Source: Macrostomum lignano
Taxonomy: Eukaryota
Assembly (NCBI GenBank): GCA_002269645.1
Contig: NIVC01004176.1
Span: 1 to 56,619, forward strand
Direction: 5' to 3'
Length of the DNA stretch: 56,619 bases
This document shows, one piece after another, positions 13,980 through 25,992 of this stretch. The notes beneath the pieces are model-generated. The model was not told the DNA's origin. It made no database searches and saw only the letters and a list, made by a program, of their open reading frames with translations. Made by a program: the position numbers and the translations under genes. Each line of letters begins with the position of its first letter. Position 1 is the stretch's first letter.

Positions 13980-15085
13980 CGGTGGACCAAGCTGAGGATT
14001 TGGAGACAGCGGTGGACCAAGCTGAGGATTTGGAGACAGCGGTGGACCAAATTGAGGGTTTGGAGACAGCGGTGGACCAAGCTGAGGATTTGGAGACAGC
14101 GGTGGACCAAATTGAGGGTTTGGAGACAGCGGTGGACCAAGCTGAGGATTTGGAGACAGCGGTGGACCAAGCTGAGGATTTGGAGACAGCAGTAAACCAA
14201 GCTGAGGATTTGAAGACAGCGGTGGACCAAGCTGAGGATTTGGAGACAGCAGTAAACCAAGTTGAGGATTTGAAGACAGCGGTGGACCAAGCTGAGGATT
14301 TAGAGACAGCGGTGGACCAAGCTGAGGATTTGGAGACAGCGGTGGACCAAGCTGAGGATTTAGAGACAGCGGTGGACCAAGCTGAGGATTTGGAGACAGC
14401 GGTGGACCAAGTTGAGGATTTGGAGACAGCGATGGACCAAGTTGAGGGTTTGGAGACAGCGGTGGACCAAGTTGAGGATTTGAAGACAGCGGTGGACCAA
14501 GTTGAGGATTTGGAGACAGCGGTGGACCAAGTTGAGGATTTGGAGACAGCGGTGGACCAAGCTGAGGATTTGGAGACAGCGGTGGACCAAGCTGAGGATT
14601 TGGAGACAGCAGTAAACCAAGCTGAGGATTTGTAGACAGCGGTGGACCAAGCTGAGGATTTGGAGACAGCAGTAAACCAAGCTGAGGATTTGGAGACAGC
14701 GGTGGACCAAGCTGAGGATTTGGAGACAGCGGTGGACCAAGTTGAGGATTTGGAGACAGCGGTGGACCAAGTTGAGGATTTGGAGACAGCGGTGGACCAA
14801 GCTGAGGATTTGGAGACAGCAGTAAACCAAGCTGAGGATTTGGAGACAGCGGTGGACCAAGTTGAGGATTTGGAGACAGCGGTGGACCAAGCTGAGGATT
14901 TGGAGACAGCGGTGGACCAAGCTGAGGATTTGGAGACAGCGGTGGACCAAGCTGAGGATTTGGAGACAGCGGTGGACCAAGCTGAGGATTTGGAGACAGC
15001 AGTAAACCAAGTTGAGGATTTGAAGTCAGCAGCAAGTAAACAGAGGATTTGAAGTCAGCAGCAAGTAAACAGAGGATTTGAAGTA
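13980..15085. repeat. 30-bp minisatellite (GGTGGACCAAGCTGAGGATTTGGAGACAGC), about 35 copies
   Basis: Read directly; the period is a multiple of 3, which explains the long repetitive ORFs on both strands. Confidence 0.97.
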
Positions 15086-15435
15086 CGTCAGTAGCAGGCC
15101 AAAGATCAGTAGTGAGTCCAAAAAAATCGACAAACAACAGAAGCCAGTTAAGTTTCTTACCAATAATAATCAGAGCACTGCTGCCAGACAAAAAGAGTTA
15201 TTTAGCATCATTTTCACCGCTATATTTTATGTACACAGACAGAACAGGTTGACGCAACAGGCAGAGCGGAAATGCACCGGAAGCCAGCGGGATTCAAGCA
15301 GCTTGCGAGCAGTACACACAATTTAACTGGAAATTTACGAACTAAACCCAAGCATTGATTAGGAAAATTTGCACAAGCCTAATTTGCTATGAAAATTGGA
15401 ACTAGAGCTGTTTCATCGATTGCGCTAATTCTGTT

Positions 15436-16175
15436 TCACTCGAATTTCGTCCGCTTAGCCGGCGGTCCTTCGCTGTGCCGCCGATCGCCAAAGCCACCGC
15501 CTCGGCCGCCGCCGCGGTCAAAGCCGCCGCGACCGCCGCCGCGGTCAAAGCCGCCCCGACCGCCGCCGCGACCGCGGTCAAAGCCGCCACCGCGACCTCC
15601 GCGTCCACGGTCAAAGCCACCGCGACCGCCACCCCGCCCGCGATCAAAGCCGCCGCCGCGGCCGCCACCGCCTCGGCCCCTATCGAAGCCGCCCCGACCG
15701 CGGTCCCCGCCGCGTCCGCCCCTGCCGCCCCTCGGAGCGCCGCGCGGCTGCGGCAGAAACCTGGCTAACGGCAGCAGCTTCATGGAGTCGATGAACACCT
15801 TCGTGTCCTTGCCGAGCGACTGGCACTTCACGCCGGGCGCCATCTTTACGGAGAAGTACGCGTCCTTGATGGGACCGAATATCTCGTCCACCTTGCCGAT
15901 TTGCTCCTTGTTCTCCAGGAAGATGGCGCATTGAAGTAGGGAATCTTCTCGTGCGTCAGCTTGCACACCATGTCCTCCACGCACGGCTGCATGAAGTAGC
16001 CGACCTCGTCCACGCTGGCCGGCGGGCCCTGGTCCTCGTACCGGCCGCCGCCTCCGCCACCGCGGCCGCCTCGGAAACCGCCGCCTCGGAAGCCGCCGCC
16101 GCGACCTCCGCGAAATCCGCCACCGCCGCCGCGACCTCCTCCGCGACCGCCGCCGCCACCGCCTCTGAATCCCAT
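15436..16175 (-). CDS. GAR1: H/ACA snoRNP subunit GAR1 (single coding exon; one apparent 1-nt deletion near 15927)
   Basis: N- and C-terminal RGG domains flank the core [64 protein letters not shown]. The span is 740 nt, one short of an open frame; adding one C (gcgcc[c]atc) joins the two ORFs. Probable 47-nt 5'UTR intron 16224-16178 (GTAAGC...TTGCAG). Confidence 0.97.
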
Positions 16176-16300
16176 GGCTGCAAGCGACAAGTTGAATGAA
16201 TAAAAAACTGATGTTGCTGCTTACGGCAGGCAACAAGTTATAAAATAATTTCTTCTTATCACTCAATGAAGCAGGCGACAAAAAACGAATCAATATCCCA

Positions 16301-16800
16301 TGGCGTCACTGCTGCATACATGAAACTAACTAGGGTCCTATGACGTCACTGCTGTATACATTAAACTAACTAGGGTTGTATGACGTCACTGCTGCATAAA
16401 CGAAACTAACTAGAGTCCTATGACGTCACTGCTGCATACACGAAACTAACTAGGGTCCTTTGACGTCACTGCTGCATACATGAAACTAACTACTAGGGTC
16501 CTATGACGTCACTGCTGCATACATGAAACTAACTAGGGTCCTATGACGTCACTGCTGCATACATGAAACTAACTAGGGTCCTATGACGTCACTGCTGCAT
16601 ACATGAAACTAACTAGGGTCCTATGACGTCACTGCTGCATACATGAAACTAACTAGGGTCCTATGACGTCACTGCTGCATACATGAAACTAACTAGAGTC
16701 CTATGACGTCACTGCTGCATACATGAAACTAACTAGGGTCCTATGACGTCACTGCTGTATAAATTAAACTAACTAGGGTTGTATGACGTCACTGCTATAT
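16301..16800. promoter_or_regulatory. 40-bp tandem repeat carrying 12 perfect CRE palindromes (TGACGTCA) directly upstream of GAR1
   Basis: TGACGTCA at 16341, 16381, 16421, 16461, 16504, 16544, 16584, 16624, 16664, 16704, 16744 and 16784, plus TGGCGTCA at 16301. The repeat is certain; a regulatory role is inferred. Confidence 0.6.
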
Positions 16801-17277
16801 ACAGGAAACAAACTATAGACAAATGATGTCTCTTATAAACGCAGGATGAAATAAAGAAGTCAAGCCATTTTTATTCTAATTTTCTCAATCATAAAACAAA
16901 ATGAACTGCCTCAGTACGGCCCAGCAAAAAGTTATTATCGGTCGCATTTTCAATGCAATTGTTTCGCTTCTGTACAAACCAGCACACAAACGCAAACGCA
17001 CGCGCGCTAACGGCGGGAAAATGCAGCTGCAGCCAATCGGGATTTTACCGCATAGAGACAGTTGCCATGCGGTAACAAGCGGGTAAAATATTAATTTTGG
17101 CTAACAGAACTGATGCACGATACGGATTTGGAGGGTGGAAATGCCGGGGAAAAAACAGAACTAGAGGGGCCATCAGGGCCGTCAAAAATCAAATCCACGT
17201 TGCGTTTATGCTGCGTAGGAACAACTTTACCCTAGTAGTGGAATTTCCTCCAGCAAAGGGGTTTTAGTTACATCTCT

Positions 17278-17750
17278 TCAGTAACTGAATTTCCCCATAG
17301 CAACAGATTTTCTCAGTAACTGAGTTTCCCCATAGCAACAGGAGCTTTCCTCAGTAGCTGAGTTCCCTCTAGCAACAGGAGATTCCCCGAGTAGCTGAGT
17401 TCCCCCTAGCAACAGGAGATTCCCCGAGTAGCTGAGTTCCCCCTAGCAACAGGAGCTTTCCTCAGTAACTGAGTTCCCCATAGCAACAGGAGCTTTCCTC
17501 AGTAGCTGAGTTCCCTCTAGCAACAGGAGATTCCCCGAGTAGCTGAGTTCCCCCTAGCAACAGGAGATTCCCCGAGTAGCTGAGTTCCCCCTAGCAACAG
17601 GAGCTTTCCTCAGTAACTGAGTTCCCCCATAGCAACAGAAGATTCCTTCAGTATCTGAGTTCCCCCTAGCAACAGGAGCTTTCCTCAGTAACTGAGTTTC
17701 CCCATAGCAACAGGAGCTTTCCTCAGTAACTGAGTTCCCCTTAGCAACAG
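17278..17750. repeat. 37-bp minisatellite with an internal CTCAG-TAA-CTGAG palindrome, about 13 copies
   Basis: Read directly; head-to-tail units without spacers. Confidence 0.92.
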
Positions 17751-17928
17751 AATAATACAGCCTGCAGTCCAACTCAATATAGATTTTGCAACTCAAGTAA
17801 AAATTGCTGCTACGCAGGTTGAGAAGCCCAAAATTCAAACAATAATAAAACGCATTTGTCAATTACGCCCAAATAGTAACAGAATAGTTTTAAACAGCTA
17901 GCAACAGAGCCGAGGGCCCTGTTTTCCA

Positions 17929-20900
17929 TCAGGCCACGGACTGCCTGGCTTTCTTCTTTTTCTTCTTGTCGGACTGGGGCGCCGCCGCCTCTTCTTCTTG
18001 AGGCTCCGCCGCGGCCGCCTCTTCGCGGTGCTTTTTCTTGGCCTTCTTGGCTGAGGCGGGCTGCTCCTCACCAGGCTCCTGCTTCACCTCCGCCTGCAAT
18101 GCGAGTGCAAGGTGGGAAGTTCGTGATTTCGGGTCAGTCTAAAGTACAGTTCATCCTCTCGTAACTTGCATCGTTGCTCACTAGGAAACTTCTGTTTTCA
18201 GCTTTCACCGTTTCAGTTATCTTCTGTAACCCCACACTGATCCCATGGAGTCCCACACTGATCCCATGGAGTCCCACACTGATCTCGTGGATTCCCCACA
18301 CTGATCCCATAGAGTCCCACACTGATCCCATGGAGTCCCACACTGATCCCATGGAGTCCCACACTGATCTCGTGGATTCCCCACACTGATCCCATAGAGT
18401 CCCACACTGATCCCATGGAGTCCCACACTGATCCCATGGAGTGCCACACTGATCCCATGGAGTCCCACACTGATCCCATGGAGTCCCACACTGATCCCAT
18501 GGAGTCCCACACTGATCCCATGGAGTCCCACACTGATCCCATGGAGTCCCACACTGATCCCATGGAGTCCCACACTGATCCCATGGAGTCCCACACTGAT
18601 CCCATGGAGTCCCACACTGATGCCATGGAGTCCCACACTGATCCCATGGAGTCCCACACTGATCCCATGGAGTCCCACACTGATCCCATAGAGTCCCACA
18701 CTGATCCCATGGAGTCCCACACTGATCTCATGGAATCCCACACTGATCTCGTGGATTCCCCACACTGATCCCATGGAGTGCCACACTGATCCCATGGAGT
18801 CCCACACTGATCTCGTGGATTCCCCACACTGATCCCATGGAGTGCCACACTGATCCCATGGAGTCCCACACTGATCTCATGGAATCCCACACTGATCTCG
18901 TGGATTCCCCACACTGATCCCATGGAGTGCCACACTGATCCCATGGAGTCCCACACTGATCTCGTGGATTCCCCACACTGATCCCATGGAGTGCCACACT
19001 GATCCCATGGAATCCCACACTGATCCCAGGGAATCCCCATACTGATCCCAGGGAATCCCCACACTGATTCCAGGGAATCCTCACACTGATCCCAAGGAAA
19101 CCAACAAACTGATCCCAGGGAATTTTCATACTTCTCAAGGAAGTTTCATACTGACATATCATTTTCGTGAGTCCTTTTATACCCCAACAAATGCCGCAAC
19201 AAGCGCAGCGCCACTCTCACCGCCTGCTCATCGCGCTGCTGCTTCTTTTTCTTCTTTGGCGGCGACGAAGCTGACGCAGCCTCGGAGTCGCCGTCTCCGC
19301 CGACGGCTGCAGCCGGCCGCTTCTCGCCGCGCTGCTCGGCGTTGGCGGCCGAAGCGTCGGCGTCCCGCTTGCCGGTGTAGCCGGCGCCGGAGGGCCCGAA
19401 GTCCGGCACGAAGCGGTCCGACTGGGCGCGGGCCCGGCCGAGGCCGCCGCGGCCGCCGCCTCCGGACTCCAGGCTCTTGAGCCGGCGCTCCAGGTACGCC
19501 CTGCTGGCCAGGCCCATGTCCGGGCCGACGCTGTCGCCTTCGCCCAGTGCGTCAACGCGGATGGCCAGAGCGGTCTTGGCGGCCAGCATGCGGGAGATTT
19601 TGCCTTTGATCTTGGCGTTGGCCTGACCGACCAGGGAGGCGTGGTACAGCAGGCCGTACTTCGGAGTCTGGTGCTTGGTCTTGAGCGCGCGGAATAGCGC
19701 CTTCTCGGCGCCGAGAATCTGCACCGTTGATGACGGGTGCTTGGCCAGAGACAGCAGTGTGCCGGCGTGAGAGATCAGGCGGGCGCCGACCAGCTCGCCG
19801 ACCAGAACCGTCAGATTTGGCGCCACGGCATTCATGCGGCTGCGAATGTAGTCATAGAGCTGAGTCCGGTATTCGCTCATCTCGGACACCTGGTCGCACA
19901 TTGAGTGCACTGCGACCAAATCCGCATCCGTCATCTCCGTGCCCAGCGACACCAAAGCGGCGTTGCGCACATCTTCAATTATCTGTGGGGAATGAGTTCG
20001 GGTTGGTGTACATGCTGGGATGGGATTGGCGTACATGCTGGGGATGGGATTGGCGTACATGCTGGGATGGGATTGGCTTACATGCTGAGGATGGGATTGG
20101 CGTACATGCTGGGGATGGGATTGGCGTACATGCTGGGGATGGGATTGGTGTACATGCTGGGATGGGATTGGCTTACATGCTGGGATGGGATTGGCGTACA
20201 TGCTGGGGATGGGATTGGTGTACATGCTGGGGATGGGATTGGCGTACATGCTGGGGATGGGATTGGCGTACATGCTGGGGATGGGATGGGATGGTGTTAG
20301 AGTGTTTACAGAAACACTCATTTAGAACTCAGCAGACAGCAGAGTGAAGTCACACAAACCTCTTCCGGCAGGCACTCGGTCAGGTCGGTGCTAATGGCAT
20401 TCTCACGCAGTCCCATGGTTTTGACGGCTTTGACGTAGGCCTGGCCATCCTGCACAATCTTGGCCAGCTCGGGAAAGTGCCAGCCGTACATCTCCTTGAC
20501 GCGCATCACGTAGTTGTTGGTTTCCTTGTCCAGGTCGTCCAGCAGGGAGATGGCCTGCACAATCATTGTGTCGATCTTGTCGGGGCTGAACTTCAGCTTG
20601 TACCTGCAGGGTGTTGGCAGCGGGTTAATGGGTGAAGGAACAGAATTTATTGCTAATCAAGACAAAGAGTACATGGATAAAAAACAATGGCTCGCTAATC
20701 TGGCATGGCCTATATTGACGAAGGAACATAATGGATTGCTAATTTAGTCAACAAAGAGCAAGATGGATTGCTAATCTGGTCAACAAAGAGCAAGATGGAT
20801 TGCTAATCTAGTCAACAAAGAGCAAGATGGATTGCTAATCTAGTCATCAGAGAGCAAGATGGATTGCTAATCTAGTCAACAAAGAGCAAGATGGATTGCT

Positions 20901-21707
20901 AATCTAGTCAACAGAGAGCAAGATGGATTGCTAATCTAGTCAACAAAGAGCAAGATGGATTGCTAATCTAGTCAACAAAGAGCAAGATGGATTGCTAATC
21001 TAGTCAACAAAGAGCAAGATGGACTGCTAATCTAGTCAACAAAGAGCAAGATGGATTGCTAATCTAGTCAACAGAGAGCAAGATGGATTGCTAATCTAGT
21101 CAACAAAGAGCAAGATGGATTGCTAATCTAGTCAACAGAGAGCAAGATGGATTGCTAATCTAGTCAACAAAGAGCAAGATGGATTGCTAATCTAGTCAAC
21201 AAAGAGCAAGATGGATTGCTAATCCAGCCAAAACAGCTCGCACGCAATGTGAGCTTACCTGCTCAGGCTGTGCGCCAGTCCCAGCTGCATAGCCGCCATC
21301 TCTCGCGGCGCCACCTGGGGCAGCAGGGCGTCTATTTGGGACCGGATCGCCCGCACCAGCTCCATCACGGCCGAGCTGCACACGCAGCCGATGCCCAGCT
21401 TCTCCTTGATGGCGCTGCCCAGCCGAGAGTCGGCAACGCCGAGAACTCCGTCGAGCACTTCGGTGGTCTGCAGTTTGCGCAATGCCTTGCGCAGCTTCTT
21501 GCTGATGCGGCCCTCCAGCAGGGAAGTGGTGGCTGCCAGGGCCTCCGTAATGTCATCGAACTTGACAAACTGACACAGCTGAACGGCCGAGGCGGCGGCG
21601 GAGGCGTCGGCAAAGTCGCCGAGCACATTCTGGCTCTCCACTAGCCGCTTCTCGTCTAGCACCTTGAAGATGGCGAAGCCGGCGGAGGACTCGAGTAGCA
21701 CTAGCAT
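17929..21707 (-). CDS. NOP58: Nucleolar protein 58 (box C/D snoRNP core), 4 exons
   Basis: Exons 21707-21259, 20603-20360, 19982-19221 and 18093-17929 with GT-AG sites. [29 protein letters not shown]|[37 protein letters not shown], Nop domain [72 protein letters not shown] and a Lys-rich tail. Confidence 0.96.
18230..19120. repeat. 21-bp minisatellite (CCACACTGATCCCATGGAGTC) in NOP58 intron 3
   Basis: Read directly. Confidence 0.95.
20010..20292. repeat. 23-24-bp minisatellite (CATGCTGGGGATGGGATTGGCGTA) in NOP58 intron 2
   Basis: Read directly. Confidence 0.95.
20745..21225. repeat. 32-bp minisatellite (GAGCAAGATGGATTGCTAATCTAGTCAACAAA) in NOP58 intron 1
   Basis: Read directly. Confidence 0.95.
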
Positions 21708-21959
21708 TGGGGAGCTGCGCCGCGGTTCATGCATACAGTGCATAGTTTTGTTTCCAGATCAGTAAGTCAAGGGGGCATTAGTCAGTGCTGCAATTTAAGA
21801 CGCTCTCAAACTGGCCCTGAGCCAGTCCTGCCACTTGTATCTCAAATCCTCTCTACAAAATAGTACCGCTGTAACCAAAACTTTCCCATATCCATCTCTT
21901 TTTCTCATAGCTTATCCACATCACTTAGCTAATTAATTTACTGATTAAAAATAAATTAA

Positions 21960-22465
21960 GCGTCATGTCAAACATAAAATAAGTCATGTCAGACAAAATA
22001 AGTGACGTCAAACATAAAAAAGTCATGTCAGACATAAAATAAGTCATGTCAAACATAAAAAAAGTCATGTCAGACAAAATAAGTGACGTCAAACATAAAA
22101 AAGTCATGTCAGACAAAATAAGTGACGTCAAACATAAAAAAGTCATGTCAGACATAAAATAAATCATGTCAGACATAAAATAAATCATGTCAGACATAAA
22201 ATAAGTCATGTCAGACATAAAATAAATCATGTCAGACATAAAATAAATCATGTCAGACATAAAATAAGTCATGTCAGACATAAAATAAGTCATGTCAGAC
22301 ATAAAATAAATCATGTCAGACATACAATAAGTCATGTCAGACATAAAAAATAAGTCATGTCAGATATAAAATAAATCATGTCAGACATAAAATAAGTCAT
22401 GTCAGACATAAAATAAGTCATGTCAGACATAAAATAAGTCATGTCAGACATAAAAGAAGCGTCAT
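21960..22465. repeat. 21-bp minisatellite (GTCATGTCAGACATAAAATAA) upstream of NOP58
   Basis: Read directly. Confidence 0.93.
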
Positions 22466-22519
22466 GTAAAAATAAATGAGGCGTCACGTGAAACTGTGCA
22501 GTGACTCTTTGGGAGAGTT

Positions 22520-22738
22520 ACTGAGATGTCAAGGCTTACTGGGGAATTGCTGAGATTCCAAGGCTTACTGGGGGAATTGCTGATTTTAAGGCTCATGGGG
22601 AGATAGCTGAGATGCCAAGGCTTATGGGGGAATAGCTGAGATGCCAAGGCTTATGGGGGAATAGCCAAGATGCCAAGGTTACAGGGGTATTGCTGATGTC
22701 AAGGCTGGGAGGGGGGAATTTTGAGATGTCAAGGCTAA
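22520..22738. repeat. Degenerate ~29-30-bp repeat (GCTGAGATGCCAAGGCTTATGGGGGAATA)
   Basis: Read directly; related sequence flanks the RTE insertion near 27040-27110. Confidence 0.7.
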
Positions 22739-23865
22739 GGTCAGAAGCTACGAGCATACATGTAGTTTATTAAAAAATTGTACTCCATTCTTTGTTGGCT
22801 TCCCAATATGGGGTGCTTATTGCTAGTCATTCACCATAACTTAAGAGTTAAATATCAATAGTGATTCAAGTGCATCCCTAGGCCCATGCATTGAAATTAA
22901 AAAAATATTCATCTGAACTTTAGTCCCCACCATTCCAACCATACAATAGAGAGCACAAGAAATACCCACAAGCGAATTGTCCACCAAGTTTTTTTCCTGC
23001 AGTGCATTTAGCCATGCGGCAGATTTTGTCTACCCAATGCTTAGTAAGTTTTAATAAAGAGATTTACCTGATAAAAATGTTTTGATAGTAACTGCATATC
23101 AAATATATTTGGGGGGGGGGGCAATGCAGACAGAATCTAGCTGCCAAATTTGCTGCAGGAAAAAAGCATTGCAGGCAAACCTTGGTGGGAAAAAACTTGG
23201 TGGGCAATTCACTCGCGGGCAAATTGCACTGTGGGCAAATCTTGGCAGGCAATTTTCCATGGGCAATTCACTCATAGGCAAAATGCTCTATAGGCAAATC
23301 TCTATGGGCAATTTGTCTGCAGGCTATTCTTATGGACCCCATGCAATATGAACATTGTGTCAAAAATCGATTGCTTGAGTCCCTAACCCTAGCAAATAAT
23401 ACTCAATAGAGGACCTAGACATAGGAAATATATATATTCCGATAACTATACTTATCTATATGGCCTCTAAAAACTTCAACATCTTTAACTTCCTATAACC
23501 ATATCCATAGCTATATACAGTAGAACTTTACTAAAAAACTAAGTAAATAGTACTCTATTATATACTTATACAAATTAACTTGGCCAATTTTACTCAATGT
23601 CCATCATAAAATATATTAAAATGGTTTTTATTTATAAAAAAATATTTTCTCTTTTATTCCAATGCAGAGCACAATATATTTGTTTTTAGACAGACTGAAA
23701 ATTTGTATTTTGAATCAATGCAAAATCATATGGCTGGAATGAAAGATTTATCTTTAGCAAATAGCGCAACTTAGTGCTAGGCAGCTGTAATTTAGTCACA
23801 ACTTAGTAGTTATGCAATTAAATTATCCTAGTAGTAATTTAATCAAACCAAAACTATGGCTGGTA

Positions 23866-24792
23866 TAGAGATGTTCCAAAAGCAAATTTTCTATCGAAAT
23901 CGAAATCAAATTGAAATTCGCTACTTTTTGAAATCAAAATCAAAATCGAAATTTTCCGAAATCGTAATTCAGAAAAACAAAGTTTAGTACAACCGACACT
24001 CACTTTTCTACTTTTGATTTACTGCTCATGCAAAACAAAATACATGTATGTTAGCAGCAGTTTGTTTATTTTTGGCCACTAAATAAGTAGAATCCCTCAT
24101 TGCCACTTTTAAATGCAAAATTTTTTTTTCGACGCAAAAGCTTCATATCTGTAAATGTGTTAAGTAATTTATTTGAACTAGTGCCTTTAAAAGAAACACT
24201 AAGGTGCGTATATTGCATTACTAGATGGTATTAAAGCACGGCAGCAAAGTGCGCCTTTTCCCTGCTAGACAAAACAAATTTCTCTGCCTTTATCCGTCTA
24301 GGCGGTAGGGTATAGTGTGCATACTGAGTTGTACATATATAAAATGTACAGTGAAAATGTACATGTATCACTGCATGACTAGCAATAACTAAGATCGTGT
24401 AAACGAAAATGCATGTACATGTACGGTAAATGTACATATATATACTGTAAAATGCGAAAAAATGCAATATATCAGCAGACGCTTTTGCAGCTTTAAAGTG
24501 CAACAAAATTTATGAAAATTTACAGTTCCATATGTACAAACTACCATGTTACATGTCCTACATGCATGGAACAGTTTTAACAAATTTAAATAGTTTTACA
24601 TGTAAAAATTGTATAATATCACTGATAAAAGACAGTAACAAAGTTCTAAAAAAACTAAAATCAGATAAAAATTTCGGAAGTAGGCACTTCCAAAATTTTG
24701 ACTTCTGAAATTTTTTCGAAATCGAAATTTGCTCTAAAAAAATCCAAATTTTGGAAAATTGAAATCGAAATCGAAATTTTGGAACATCTCTA
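23866..24792. mobile_element. Non-autonomous hAT-type element (927 bp)
   Basis: TIR TAGAGATGTTCCAAAA / TTTTGGAACATCTCTA; 8-bp TSD GGCTGGTA at 23858-23865 and 24793-24800; subterminal (AAATCG)n motifs. Confidence 0.9.
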
Positions 24793-25409
24793 GGCTGGTA
24801 ACCTACTTGTACTAAAAGCAATTGTAATAACAATGTTGGGCACCATTAATGAAAATCTTAACTTCCATTAATGGCAAAAGCATTAGCGTTAAAACAAAAA
24901 ATATTAACTTATTAACTCTTAATTTCATTAAGTTAACTGAAATAGTTATTTGTTAATAAGCATTAATCCATTAAAGTTAACATAGAAAATACAGAAATTT
25001 GGCATTTTTTTCCAAGACTTTTATAATGCACTGTCTTTGTTTTTCTATCTTTTTAGCAAAACACAGGTTATCTAAGGGATTTACAAGCCAAGAAAGTCAA
25101 TAATAAATTCAAAAACATGTATGTATAATATTATTAAAACTAAGCATATGGAAAAGAGGTAACTTGTTTATTTGAAACTTAAAAGCTAATTAGTTAATAA
25201 TAAAATATGAATAAGAAGGCTGTTTTAGTAGCATTAGTAGACATAGAAAAAAGTTACAAAAGATTGGGAAAGAAGTGAATCAATTCTTTTCATTTTTATT
25301 TGCATATTATCAAGACTTTTAAATATGTCAGATAAGTATTTAATTGGAATTATACTGCTAGGCCTATCACTTAGGCTTATAAAGTGGAGACCATGTAACC
25401 TATATATAT

Positions 25410-25992
25410 ATATGATATATCATTCTGCTCACAGAGTCACAGTGATACCAAGAAGCTAAATTTGGCAAAAATGTTATAAAAATTGGACCTGGGATAGGAG
25501 AGAATTAGCAAAGGGACAATTTGAATTAGGGACTATTATGTTAATTTAACCTCATAAGGTAAGAGTCTCTAATTATCCCTTTGCTCATTCTCTTATCCTG
25601 AGGTCTAACTTTAGTAACTTTTTTGTCAAATCTAGGCCTAGCTTTTTGGTATTACTACATATAAATATAAGCAAATTGATATATCATTTATACACATAGA
25701 TTACTTGGGCTCTACTTTATAAGCTTAAGTTGACAAGCCCTTTCAGGTTGCGCTATTAGTTATATAGGCCCAATAATTATAATAGAATTTTTTTATATAT
25801 TCCTATAAATATAAATATAATATTTATTTATATTTAGTATATTGGTTCCCAGGTCCAATAGCAATATAAATATAATATTTATAGGAATATATAAAAAAAT
25901 TCTATTATAATTATTGGGCCTATATAACTAATAGCGCAACCTGAAAGGGCTTGTCAACTTAAGCTTATAAAGTAGAGCCCAAGTAATCTATG
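25410..25992. repeat. Two adjacent fold-back (long inverted repeat) structures
   Basis: Imperfect arms of about 130 bp within 25410-25690; perfect arms of about 118 bp at 25695-25812 and 25875-25992 around a 62-bp spacer. Confidence 0.85.

Noticed and set aside
15920-15935. Programmed frameshift in GAR1
   Set aside because: No slippery site or downstream structure; a single missing C in a C-run fits the window-wide assembly-error pattern.
17278-17750. CRISPR-like array (37-bp palindromic unit); the 16301-16800 and 29498-30126 arrays were also considered
   Set aside because: Units are head-to-tail with no unique spacers, there are no cas genes, and the context is eukaryotic.
18094-21258. Intronic snoRNAs hosted by NOP58
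   Set aside because: The introns are nearly all minisatellite. I found no box C (RUGAUGA) / box D (CUGA) pair with a terminal stem on the sense strand; a covariance-model search would be needed to exclude H/ACA RNAs.
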